This document shows, piece after piece, positions 20,221-31,300 of a DNA stretch of 64,000 nt. Within the stretch, counting starts at the first letter, position 1. Each line of letters starts with the position of its first letter. This DNA is from Verrucomicrobiota bacterium (GTDB taxonomy: Bacteria > Verrucomicrobiota > Verrucomicrobiia > Opitutales > Cerasicoccaceae). The stretch lies in contig JBCBUK010000002.1 of the NCBI GenBank assembly GCA_039818205.1, positions 96,001-160,000 of the forward strand. The letters are read 5' to 3'. The notes beneath the pieces were generated by a model. That model was not told the DNA's origin. It searched no databases and saw nothing but the letters and a program-made list of their open reading frames with translations. The position numbers and the translations under genes are program-made.

Positions 20221-20244
20221 TTTCAGGTGTGTGTCGTGGAATGT
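20190..20244 (+). repeat. attL-like direct repeat (tRNA-Leu 3' end plus flank)
   Basis: CGTGCAGGTTCGACCCCTGTCCCGAGTACCATTT (20190-20223) is identical to 25156-25189. TGTCGTGGAATGT (20232-20244) recurs in the same register at 25198-25210. Confidence 0.93.
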
Positions 20245-20779
20245 CTATCTGCGTCATCTTCCCAGATACATGGTCGTCATGCCTTGATCACAGCGTGCAT
20301 TCCAACGTCAAAAAGCGCACGTACCGACTACAGGCGATGGAAGTCGGCATTGGTCAGTGGATCATATTTGATTAGTTCGATCGTCGCCGGTCCATTCGCT
20401 CCGGCAGTCGAATCGTCACAGCGACATTCGATCACGAACTGGGCGACCAGCGATCAATCGGAGCAGTAGGGGGCAGGATCTTATTGCGCTACCGCGAATA
20501 TCTTCGACAAAATCCTTGCAAAAACCAGATGAGAAAACCATGAGAAGGGATACTGAATTCCAAATTTATGCTACCAAAATCAGTGCCTAGACTATGAAAT
20601 CCGGTGAGCCAGAGTTGAGATTGCCTCGCCAGGGATGTTCTCGAATTCAAGACAGTCCTCGACTCAACAGGATTGCCGTAAGGTGGGTCTACTAAAGGCC
20701 TGTAAGAAAGTATACTAGTTAGAGTGCAAGTAGATGCATTGTTTTTTTAGATATACTGGCATACCTCTGAGCCTCACAC

Positions 20780-22213
20780 ATGATCTTTAAAAGCATCGGT
20801 TGGGCTGCACTTCAGCAATGGGGCCAGCAGGGAAGCCAGGTCATTGTCCTTTTCGTTGTTGCCAACATTATCGGACCAGAAGCAATTGGCGTTCTCACTT
20901 TTGCCAACATCTTCATGGGGTTGGCCCAAATCTTTATCAATCAGGGTTATGCGGAATCACTGATTCAATCGGAGAAACTAGTCGAAGCGCAGATAAATAC
21001 CATCTTCTGGCGGATGATGATGATTTCTGGATGCGTTTTTACGGTCTTTATTGTTGCTGGGTCACTACTCGCTTGGTTCCAGACGAAGGATAATCTTGGG
21101 CTCGTTCTAATCGCTTTAGCGCCGATTCTATTTCTTCGGCCTGTGTCGCAGATGCACAGTTCAATCGCAGGCCGCGAAATGCGATTTAAGGACGTGGCGC
21201 GAGCGTCAGTCTTATCTTCCTTCGCGGGCGATCTCCTTGCAGTCGTGTTAGCATTGCAGGGTTTGGGCTTATGGAGCCTCGTCATTTCGCAGCAAGTCAA
21301 AGCCATATTGCTGATTCTTCTTCTTACTGGAATAAACCAGTGGAGTCCACGATTTGAGTTCAATGCGAAAAGTGTTAAACACAGTGAACAGTTTAGCCGT
21401 AAACTATTTGGCACAAACTTTATGGCTTTTATTGGAATGCGCGCAGACCAGCTCATTATTGGCACTTTCATCGGATTCGAATCTCTGGGGATTTATAGCT
21501 TAGTGATGCGTTTGATACTCACGCTTGAAACGCTAATGATGTCCGCGTTGAATCGCGTTTTCTTCAGCGTCTTTTCCCGCCTTCAACAAGAGAAAGATCG
21601 AATCCTTGATTTGTATTATTCTGGCTTGGATATCTTGTGTGCGGCGACGTTTCCAGCGCTGTTCGGCTTAGCGGTTGTCGGCCCAACTCTGTTTACAAAT
21701 ATCATGGGTCCCCAATGGTCAGATTCTGCAAACATCATTTGGCCGCTCTCAATTTTTATGGCTCTAAAAACTGCAGCTTACCTTTTCTACCCATTACAAC
21801 TGGGACAAGGACGTTCCGATTTGCTTTTCAAATGTGCGACATATGCGGCCCTACTTACTATAGTATGCTCAACCGTAGCCGCTCCTTTTGGAATTGTAGC
21901 GGTTGCCTTTGGTGTCGCAGTGCGCATGCTCATCGGGCTCGCAATTCATGTCGCCTACGCAAACAAAAGTATGCAATTTCAGAATTTTCGATTCTTAAGA
22001 ATAGTTAGCGTGAATCTCTTTAACTCGCTAGTAATTACCATTGTTGGAGTATTAGTTATGCAACAGCTTGAGGCTAACTGGGCAGTGAAGACCATTTTAA
22101 CAATAGCTACATCGTCTATGATATATTTGTTTTTAACTTTTTTCCGTCTGGACACATTAAGGGCGGAGGTTTCCCTCCTTAATCGCTGGCGGCTGGACCC
22201 GAACGACCAATAA
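20780..22213 (+). CDS. Wzx/PST-family polysaccharide flippase
   Basis: About 12 TM segments; ..IGPEAIG.., G..ESLIQ, REMRFK..A, G.GLWSLV, RADQLIIG.F.G...LGIY. Confidence 0.88.
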   Translation: MIFKSIGWAALQQWGQQGSQVIVLFVVANIIGPEAIGVLTFANIFMGLAQIFINQGYAESLIQSEKLVEAQINTIFWRMMMISGCVFTVFIVAGSLLAWFQTKDNLGLVLIALAPILFLRPVSQMHSSIAGREMRFKDVARASVLSSFAGDLLAVVLALQGLGLWSLVISQQVKAILLILLLTGINQWSPRFEFNAKSVKHSEQFSRKLFGTNFMAFIGMRADQLIIGTFIGFESLGIYSLVMRLILTLETLMMSALNRVFFSVFSRLQQEKDRILDLYYSGLDILCAATFPALFGLAVVGPTLFTNIMGPQWSDSANIIWPLSIFMALKTAAYLFYPLQLGQGRSDLLFKCATYAALLTIVCSTVAAPFGIVAVAFGVAVRMLIGLAIHVAYANKSMQFQNFRFLRIVSVNLFNSLVITIVGVLVMQQLEANWAVKTILTIATSSMIYLFLTFFRLDTLRAEVSLLNRWRLDPNDQ

Positions 22214-22352
22214 GCCCTCGGCTCACCTAACGAAACTTTTAATCTGACACGTGACTTCTAGCCAGTAGATCCGCCGCAAATACGTCGACAACAGCGTGAT
22301 GCAATAGGAATTTAAACCTACAACTTCAACTTACCCTACATCTTCAAGTAAC

Positions 22353-23051
22353 ATGAATATACCGTCTGAAATCAACAACCGCCTTGAGCTTTGGGTCAAC
22401 CTGCTGGATCAGTATAAACCTCGTAAATTTGCCGAAGTAGGCGTTTGGAAAGGGGAATTCGCTGAAACTATTTTAAAGGAGTGCCCTTACATTGAAGAAT
22501 ACACGATGATTGATCCTTGGGCGCATTTGCCAGACTGGAACAAGCCATTCAATAAAAGCACTAAAGATTTTACCTCGATCTATGAAGAGGCAATGGAGCG
22601 TACGAAATTCGCGTCTGATCGAGTTACCGTGCTTCGTGGTAGGACTAAAGATGTCATTCATGAAATCAAAGATCAAAGTCTCGATTTCGTTTACATTGAC
22701 GGTGATCATACGCTTCGCGGCATTGCGATCGATCTGATTCAACTTTATCCAAAAGTTAAGAAAGAAGGGATTGTTGCAGGGGATGATTTCTCGATCAGCC
22801 CGTGGCAGCATTCTGGCGATTATGAGCCGTCACTGGTTTGCCCTTTTGCGGTTTATTTCGCGGAGGCTATGCAGCACCCCATCACAGTAATGCCTTTTAG
22901 CCAATTCTTGATCGAAAAAAAGGAACCGGAATTCGCTTTCAACGACACGACTGGCAAATACCATGACTTGGGTTTAAACAAGCTAACCAACTCCCAGGGA
23001 GGTGGCATCTTACGGACTGCAAAGCGAATGATCAAAAAGGCCATTAAGTAG
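22353..23051 (+). CDS. class I SAM-dependent methyltransferase (Methyltransf_24-like)
   Basis: AEVGVWKGEF, IDPW, LDFVYIDGDH, K..GIVAGDD. Confidence 0.88.
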   Translation: MNIPSEINNRLELWVNLLDQYKPRKFAEVGVWKGEFAETILKECPYIEEYTMIDPWAHLPDWNKPFNKSTKDFTSIYEEAMERTKFASDRVTVLRGRTKDVIHEIKDQSLDFVYIDGDHTLRGIAIDLIQLYPKVKKEGIVAGDDFSISPWQHSGDYEPSLVCPFAVYFAEAMQHPITVMPFSQFLIEKKEPEFAFNDTTGKYHDLGLNKLTNSQGGGILRTAKRMIKKAIK

Positions 23052-23150
23052 TCTTTGAACTCAGAATCCTAGAACGAACGAATCAATTCTAGTCACACTG
23101 ATTTTCAAACTTCGAACCCTGATACCGTCCACTTCGACCGAACAATCCCC

Positions 23151-23903
23151 GTGAACCAATCAGCGATTACAACTTACTGCAGATCGTTCGAAAGGAATCT
23201 ACCTTACACGTTAAGGCGCAATCTTAGGCAGATATTCAAAACCAGTATCGATCAAAAGCACCACAAAATTCTCCTCCCTCCCCAATCCGAAGATGACACT
23301 AGCTTGGTTCCATTTCACACCAGCAAATCCATCTTTATCCATATCCCAAAGTGTGCGGGGATTTCCGTGGCTACTTCACTTTATGGGTGTCGAGCTGCGG
23401 GGCATATGAATGCCGCGACAATCCAGCTTTTTTTGACGAAAAAAGAATTTGAAAGCTATTACAAATTTACCTTCGTCAGAAATCCCTGGGACCGGTTGCA
23501 TTCCGCGTATTGCTTCTTGTCCGCAGGAGGGATGTCTGCGGCTGATAGAGATTTTGAACAAAAGGTTTTGTCAGATTATCATAGCTTCGAGAACTTCGTC
23601 ATCCAAGGACTCGATGACCGAAGAGTATTGAGCTATTATCATTTTATTCCTCAGGTAAATTTTATTAGAGGTTATCAAGGAAAGTTGATTACAGACTTCA
23701 TCGGTCGCTTCGAGTCTCTTGAGACTGATTTTTATTCGGTTTGTGAAAAGATTGGATCTGACAGCCAATTGAAGAATAAGAACCGAAATGCCTCCAAGCC
23801 GGAGAAAAGTTATACCAAAGCTTACTCCCAAGAAATGATAGATAAGGTTAGCCAAGTATACCGCCAAGATGTCGAGAATCTAAAATATAGTTTTGGCACT
23901 TAA
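23151..23903 (+). CDS. sulfotransferase family 2 (carbohydrate sulfotransferase-like)
   Basis: 5'-PSB FIHIPKCAGIS, 3'-PB FTFVRNPWDRLHSAY, HFIPQ, DFIGRFESL, Y..D...L.Y. GTG start. Confidence 0.9.
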   Translation: MNQSAITTYCRSFERNLPYTLRRNLRQIFKTSIDQKHHKILLPPQSEDDTSLVPFHTSKSIFIHIPKCAGISVATSLYGCRAAGHMNAATIQLFLTKKEFESYYKFTFVRNPWDRLHSAYCFLSAGGMSAADRDFEQKVLSDYHSFENFVIQGLDDRRVLSYYHFIPQVNFIRGYQGKLITDFIGRFESLETDFYSVCEKIGSDSQLKNKNRNASKPEKSYTKAYSQEMIDKVSQVYRQDVENLKYSFGT

Positions 23904-23920
23904 AACTGGCTCTAAAACTC

Positions 23921-24841
23921 ATGCTCACTTTTTCGCTAATTATTTGCTGCTACAATAGTATTGAGCGCATCGAGCAGACTCTGCGTGCGGTTTGCTCCAT
24001 GAATACGCCAGATGACGTAGAGTGGGAGCTAATAGTTGTGGACAACAATTCTTCGGATGGTACCGCCGAGTATTGCAGTCAGCTATTAGCAGAATTGTCT
24101 CCGCCATCGGCGCGAGTTGTTGAGGAGAAAGAGCCCGGGTTGATGAATGCGCGAATCTGCGGAGCAGCGGCGGCTAAAAATGACTATCTTGCCTTCATTG
24201 ATGACGACAACTGGCCCGATATAAGTTGGTTGGAAGAAGCTGCTTCCATTCCGAAAGATTACCCAGAGGTTGGCGCTTGGGGTGGATGGTGCACGGGTGT
24301 TGGTGACGAAGGGCTACCCGAATGGTTTGATAAGCATGCCGGCAAGTTTGCTTGCGGCAAAATGCCCCAACCAGAGGGTATTTGTGCTAGTCCTTTCCTC
24401 CGTGGTGCAGGTTTATGCATTCGGAAAACGGCGTGGGATCAGATTTGCCACTTGTTGAAAAATCCATTTCTACTGGGACGGACTGGTAAGTCTCTTTCGT
24501 CGGGAGACGACAATTTCATCTGCCAGCTATTGGTCCGTCACGGATGGCATTTGTATTACAATCCGCGCATGCATATGATGCACTATATGCCCCCATCCCG
24601 TCTTACGCTTGATTACCTCTTTCGAGTTCATGAGGGAATCGGCCGGTCCTTCTCACGCCTGCGACCAGCGGTACTCGTAACAACAGGGTGGCCAAAGATG
24701 GCCTTCCATCCACTTCGATATTACTACAAGTTGCGCCAACTTCCCGATTACATTAAATACTCGAATGAACATAAAGCCCAGCCAGATGACATAGACCTGA
24801 AATGTCGCTACATATTAGCTCGGAGTAAGCTTTTCGGGTAG
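23921..24841 (+). CDS. glycosyltransferase family 2
   Basis: SLIICCYN, ELIVVDNNSSDGT, GL..AR, FIDDD, GAGL, GDD. Confidence 0.92.
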   Translation: MLTFSLIICCYNSIERIEQTLRAVCSMNTPDDVEWELIVVDNNSSDGTAEYCSQLLAELSPPSARVVEEKEPGLMNARICGAAAAKNDYLAFIDDDNWPDISWLEEAASIPKDYPEVGAWGGWCTGVGDEGLPEWFDKHAGKFACGKMPQPEGICASPFLRGAGLCIRKTAWDQICHLLKNPFLLGRTGKSLSSGDDNFICQLLVRHGWHLYYNPRMHMMHYMPPSRLTLDYLFRVHEGIGRSFSRLRPAVLVTTGWPKMAFHPLRYYYKLRQLPDYIKYSNEHKAQPDDIDLKCRYILARSKLFG

Positions 24842-24935
24842 TGCGATTCAGCAGATTGGCTGGCACATTCGATTTTAAACAAAAAGCCAGTTTCAGAACC
24901 TATTTCTCCGCTAGCTTGCGGTCAGTGATCGTTAT

Positions 24936-25075
24936 TTGGACAGTGCCTCGGTCGAGCTTACGCTCACTGAAACCAGCGTAGTAATTGAAGAGTGGCGCTG
25001 GAAGTATAACCAGGGCCGCGAGCACCGTCGCCTAGGATACATCATGCCCTTGGGGTTTGCACTAAAAGAAATCGA
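24936..25075 (+). pseudogene. IS3-family transposase C-terminal remnant
   Basis: CLGR in one frame, then LTLTETSVVIEEWRWKYNQGREHRRLGYIMP. This matches the IS3 integrase-core tail CLNRE...TL.EARVVIE.WR..YN..RPH..LGY.TP; the DDE core is absent. Confidence 0.75.
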
Positions 25076-25155
25076 AACCATCCATCTAAACCCAGGCATG
25101 GGCTCCTCAACCTGTTTGTGAACTAGAAACTAGGCGTGTTTCTTGCGAATTTCAG

Positions 25156-25210
25156 CGTGCAGGTTCGACCCCTGTCCCGAGTACCATTTTTGGAGGATGT
25201 CGTGGAATGT
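25156..25210 (+). repeat. attR-like duplicate of the tRNA-Leu 3' end
   Basis: 34 bp identical to 20190-20223 plus a 13-bp in-register match; there is no 5' tRNA half. Confidence 0.93.
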
Positions 25211-25383
25211 TAAGAAGCGTTAAGGCTGGGGCGGTTCAATGTAGGAGTTCAAGGCTTCCAGCGGTGGGCAGACACAACTTGTCGGCGGGTTGCAGCGGCT
25301 ATCTGGTTGGTTTCAAAGCGCTTCTCGGAATATTCACGAATTAAGGGCTTTATGGAAATCGCTAGATGATATACTGTAGACGC

Positions 25384-28300
25384 ATGCGTTTTTTTCGGCT
25401 ATGTTTGGTGTACGGGTTTGTCTTGTCGTCCGTGCATGCTGCGTCATCCCTAGAAGTGTTGTACGACTCATCGTCGGTGAACCCTGACCCGACGAGTCAG
25501 GGGTGGGTGACCAGCGAAACGACGACCCCTGGGGTCGATGCGAATCTAGATGGATTAATCGACTCATCGAATGTGGGGGCTATCGTTGATAGCGAAGGCG
25601 TTTCCTGGCAAATTTACGATCAGTTTTCTGCGGGGACGCTCAATTTTCCAAGTTACCGCAACCCGATGACCGCAGAAGACTTTGAGACGATGTATGCGCA
25701 GGGATGGGTTTACGAGTTCACGGTTCGTGCCGTGCAGGTTGACCGATGGGCGGGTTTTACGGGATGGGCAGTTTCTAGTGGCGATAATCCTGGTTGGAAT
25801 TTTTCGGGATCGATGGCGCGAGTCGGTTTTTTCTTTGGCTTTGATCCAAGTGGCGACTTCTGGGTTCGGCACAATGGCGACCAGCGCTATAGCGGAAATA
25901 CGAACAATTCTTTCCACACGATAAGAGCGGTGTGCCCACCGGAATCCACCACCTTTGAGTGGTTTATCAATGGTGTAAGCCAGGGGGCTGGCGAGCTTAT
26001 AACCTCGGGCGGTTTTCAAGGATTGGTTTTCGAACAGGGTTCCTCCGCGGACCAGTTTGGAGCGGCAGATTGGAAACGAGTTTCCCTATCTAGTGAAGTT
26101 ACCCCGATCGCATCGCCAACCATTCCCGTAACCGGAACGGTTCTTTTTTGGGGGGATGAGGAATACAATTTCGAGAATAACGATATGACCGGGTTGCTTG
26201 CGCTTTCGAGTGCGACTAGCACACTCGCAACGGTTGACGAGGGAAATAGCGAGTCGGGCTTTTACCGCCTTGATATTGACGGGAGTGACGACATTGCGAC
26301 GGGTGCGATGGTAGCCAGTGTTGCGCTTAACGGGCGCTTTCAAACCGTTCCAAGTGGCAGTGATTTCGCGACCGCGACCGTCGTTCCAATTTCCGGACCC
26401 TGCGCCTACAACTTTTCCATTTCGCGCACGAGCGACTTCATGGAATACAACATCGATACCGCCTTTGGCTGGTTCCCCTTCAGCGAGTTCACGGCTGCGG
26501 TAGCTACGGGCGATGGCTTCGAGCCAGTTTTGACTGAGCTCGTCGGGTCGGCCGGTATTTCCCTTGGCGCCGGTGAGCAGGTTGTCGCGCTGGCCGAGGG
26601 GCAGATCTTAGTTGATCTCACCGACCTAAATGCACCCTCCGATGATGGTGTGCTGCTTGCCTCCGTTGCGCAAGGGGATGCGAAAGTTGCTCTTGTTGAA
26701 CCGAAGGACGATGGGACATTCAATGTCTATGTTCGAGATAGCACGTCTTCGGACCTGAAGCGCGGAGCCATCTCATTTGTCTACCTGCCATTCGCCGATG
26801 CTGGTCAACCGGGCCAACGGTTGGTCGCCAGCGCCCGCGTCCAAAGCGATGCCGGGATTGAAGCTTACGGCGGAGCGTTCTCCCTGGGCAAACTGGATCG
26901 TGGTCGCTGGGCTTTGGCGATCCCTGGGCACAACAATGATTCGGGCACGCTGTTGACCACACCCATGTGGGGCGGCGGAAACAGCAATGACAATATCATC
27001 ACATACGAATGGGATGCTCCTGCCAACTGTTGGATAATCGAAAGTCGTTGGGGTCAGTTTTCGAATTTTGGAATCGAAGACGGTGCCACGGCTGACGAAC
27101 TGATGTTCAACTTCGCGTTTTTTGCGAAAGATCCAATCATCGCTGGAGATTCGCCGATGGTTTTTGATGAGGCGGTTGTTCGCCAAATTCGTCCGCATGG
27201 CGATAGCTTGATCGGTAACGGCATTGATACAGCCACGGGCGCATTTTCTCAAGGTCGTGAGCTGCTCATGGTCGAAGGGGTTCGCCCGTTGGCATTGGAT
27301 ATCAATTACAATTCCCGCCTGACAACAATCTCAGGTCCGTTGGGCACAAGCTGGAGCCACAATTATCAGGCAAAGCTGGAGGGGAACTTAGGGCAGGAGG
27401 TTGTCATTCGTTGGGATGCGCATCGCAAATCTGTGTTCACCTTTGTGGAGGCTGACCGAGCGTATGTTGGAGCGGACGAAGATGTGCAGTTTGCGAACCT
27501 GACGGCGATGTCCCCAAGTGACGAGCTTCCCGATACCTATTGGCGACTGATGATGGAAGACGGCGATATCTACTACTTTGGCAAAGATGGTCGCTTGAAC
27601 TCAGTGCACAACGTTATCCGCCAGCCGATCAATCTGGAGTATGATGGTGCCGGGCGGTTGGTGAAACTGATTGAGCCGTTCTCCGAGGTCGAGCTGACTC
27701 TGGCATACAACGAAATCAACCTGATTGAAACCGTTACCGATGAACTTGGGCGCGTGGTGACGCTCACGTATGATGAGGATGCTCGCCTGATCTGCATCCC
27801 AGCGCCGGTCATTGCCGAAGTGCTTGAGTCGGGAGACGCGATTACCTCTGAGCCTATTCCGGACAACGATCCGGCCGGAACGAGTATTATCGTCGACGTT
27901 CCGGAAGGCGGAATTATCAGCGGCATTCTGATTCGCTCACTCGAGATTCGTCATAGTATTCCAGGTGATCTTACGGTATCGATCACTTCACCCGAGGGGA
28001 CAGAAATCCTACTTGATCCGGTGGCCAACCACAACGGAGTCGATGCTATCTTGTTTGATGGGCAAAGCTTTGACTCGTTTCGAAATGAAGAGCGCATGGG
28101 CGATTGGGTGCTGCAGGTTGCAGACAATGCGGATGGAGTAATTGGTACGATCGAGTCTTTTTCTTTTTCGTTCATCGAATCGGATCGCAAGGTTCACTAC
28201 ATCTACGATGATGCGAATCGCATCGTGCTCGCGACGGATTCAATCGGAGAGCAGATTCTTGGCGCCGAGTATGATGAGTTCGGTCGGATTATCCGGCAGA

Positions 28301-31300
28301 TGGATGGTCGCCCAGAATCGCCCGATGCGATCATCACCTATGAAGCGATTGATCAATCAGACGACGTCCGGACCACGTATATTGACCCATTGGGCAACAC
28401 CTGGGCCTTTGTCCACGATAGTGAGTTTCACCTGATGTCTGCGACCAATCCGGTTGGAGGAAGCAGTACCTTTACCTACGATGAGAAGGGGCTGCGCCTG
28501 ACACTCACGGATGCAAGGAACCATACAACCTCGTTTACCTACAACGAAAACGGCGATGTCGCCAGCACGACGGATCCGCTTGGCAATACAACGAGTTTTG
28601 AGTATGGAGACGAGCACGACATCACTCGAATCATCGATGCACACGGCGAATTTACTCAGTTGGTCCGTTTCAATGGTCGCTTGGTTGAGGTCGTCGATGC
28701 CTTGGAGAACACTGACGTTAAAGAGTACTATGACAACGGTCAGGTTAGCCGGTACATCCAATCAAAGACATCTCCGACAGTGCCCGGTGGTGGGGGAGCA
28801 GAGCCAGGCGAGGCTGATATCCGTTATGCACTCGACGATCGGGAACGCGTTGCTCGGGCCACGAACCCGAATGGTGACGACGTTGGCAATGCCGAGCAAT
28901 CACTGACCTATGATTTGGCTGGACGCGTCATCACTTCGGTGGATTTCGGCGATAACGTAACCGAGATTTTCTATACGCCGTCGGGTGATATTCGCACCCA
29001 GATTGACCCAGAGTCCAATGTTTCCCGTCGGGACTACGATCATCGCGGTCGACTCTATCGCGAAGTAACCAGCCGGGGCTTTGAAACGACCTACACCTAC
29101 GACGGGAACGGCAACATCACCAGTTCGACGAACGCCATTGGTGAAACCACAATCTTTGAATACGACAACGATGATCGGTTGGTTGCGATCACCAATCCGC
29201 GAGGCTCAGTGGTAGCATATGAATATGATGCATTTGGCCGTGTGGTTGGAACGACTGATGCCTTGGGCCGGACGGAGCGAACCGTATACGATGCCGTTGG
29301 CAACATAGTTGAAGTCTATGACGCTTCAGGTACTTTGGTCTTGAAGATTACCTACGATGAGCGCGACCTGCCGATTCGAATTGAGGATGCCCAAGGCCAT
29401 GTAACCACGGCAGAGTATGACGCCCTCATGCGCAAGGTTAAGACCACCGACCCCTTGGGGCTCGTCTATCAATACACCTACGATGAGCTTGGTCGCCTAA
29501 CGAGGACCGTCGATCCGCAAGGTCGAACTGGAACCACGACTTATCTTACCGACGACGTTGTCGATACTGTCTTCCAACCCGTCTTTAGCGGTCAATCGTC
29601 GAGCTATTTCATTCACTATGATTTTGCCAACAACCTTACCGATGTCTTTGGCAAGAATGGAGCTCCAGAATCGTTCGCCTATAATTCCCGGAACCTGCTC
29701 TCGCGATCACTCAGTTTGCAGGGGCGCCGAGTGGACTTTAGCTACGATGACCTCGGTCGCCTCATTGAATCCGATCCGTCGTCGTCCACTGACAACACAC
29801 GCACTTACGAGTATGATGTCACCGGTAACTTGCTGAAGGTGTTCGTTTCCGATAACGGAGTGGAAACGTTGCAGTCGGAACGCACCTTCGACCCGCTTGG
29901 ACGTATCTCGACCTACACGGATCATGCAACGAGTGGCAGCTCGCAAACGCTCCGCTACGTGTACGATAGGGCAGGGAACCTAACTCGAATGATTTATCCC
30001 GACGGGTCGACTCTTACTTATACCTACGATGACACGGACCGGCCTATTCAAATTACGGACTGGGCCAATCGGATCACTGTATTGACCTGGGATGAACTTG
30101 ATCGACTACGCCAAGTCGACTTCCCCAATGGCGTTCAACGCACGATGCGCTATGATGCGGCGGGAAATCTCATCTACCGCGAAGACCTTGAGGCCGATGG
30201 AGAAGTCATCATCTCTTACAGCTATGGATATGACTCCGCGGGCCGTCTCCAATCTGAAGTGGCTTATCCTGAGTTGCCCGCTCCGATCCCAAGCAGCGCG
30301 ACATTGACCTATGATGACTTTAATGTGATCCAGACCTACAATGGTTCTAACATTGATACCGATTTCGATGGTTTCGTTGTCGGCGCAAGCGCGGTTGATC
30401 CGACATTCGGATCCATTAACCACAACACACGTGGACACTTAACGAGCACCAGCGGCTACAGCTATCATTACGATGAAGAAGATCGCCTTGTCGGATGGCA
30501 ACCGGCTGGTTCGGCCGACACGGAGCGTATTGAGTTCTTCGCAAACCCATCGGGTCGGTTGAGCCAGGTCTTGACTCAATCTCAAGCGGGTTCACTTGCC
30601 AAACGATTCGTCTACGGAGTCGGCCTGTTCTATGAGGAAGATGTCGCTACGGGTGAAATCAAAGTTCTCCATTATGACTATCGTGGGAGCACGGTTGCTT
30701 TGAGTGACGACAATGGTGATCTGGCTGGTCGGGTGTCTTATACGCCGTATGGTGAGATCGCCAGCCGCACCGGGGAGACCGATACGCTCTTTTTGTATAA
30801 CGGCCTCTATGGTGTATTGACCTCGCCGGAAGGCATGAACTACATGCGCTTCCGTTGGTACTTGCCGCAGATCCGCCGCTTTCTCAGCCGGGATATTCAT
30901 CTCGGGTCCATCGGCGATCTTAGCAGTCTCAATCGCTTCAGTTATGCTCGGGGGAATCCCGCGATGTATGTCGATCCCGAAGGCGAGTTCTGGTGGATCG
31001 TTGGGGGCGCGGCGGTTGGAGCAGCGATCAACGTTGGGGTGACTTTTGTGGCCGATTTGGCCGACGACGGACAACTCAACACTCCGCCTGAGGAGTACGC
31101 GGCTGCCGCCATTGGCGGCGCCTTGTTTGGTGGCATCACCGCTGCCACGGGTGGTCTTGGCGGCGCAGTTTTTGGCGGGGCAATCGGAGCAGCAACGGAA
31201 AACTTAGTTCTGGCTGGTTTACGGGGCGAAGCGGTCGACTTTCAAAGCGTAATGACCGATGCGATTCTGGGCGCTGGATCAGGCGCGCTTGGGCATGGGG

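Larger units (their letters stand above)
20190..25210. mobile_element. tRNA-Leu-anchored genomic island (~5 kb), integrase-less, carrying polysaccharide genes
   Basis: Flanked by direct repeats 4966 bp apart, visibly more AT-rich than the flanks, contains an IS3 remnant; no integrase ORF seen. Confidence 0.85.

Noticed and set aside
20081..20469. Short ORFs overlapping tRNA-Leu (20081-20287, 20142-20375, 20191-20469)
   Set aside because: They run through the tRNA gene and have no protein motifs; these are spurious translations.
20245..20779. Possible integrase remnant at the island's left end
   Set aside because: I found no tyrosine or serine recombinase motifs by eye. A broken minus-strand frame exists but I could not assign it.
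23054..23109. Imperfect inverted repeat between the methyltransferase and sulfotransferase, considered as an integron attC
   Set aside because: It lacks RYYYAAC/GTTRRRY ends and does not recur between the other island genes; probably a simple hairpin.
25156..25189. Second tRNA gene
   Set aside because: Only the T-arm and 3' acceptor strand are present, so it is an att duplicate.
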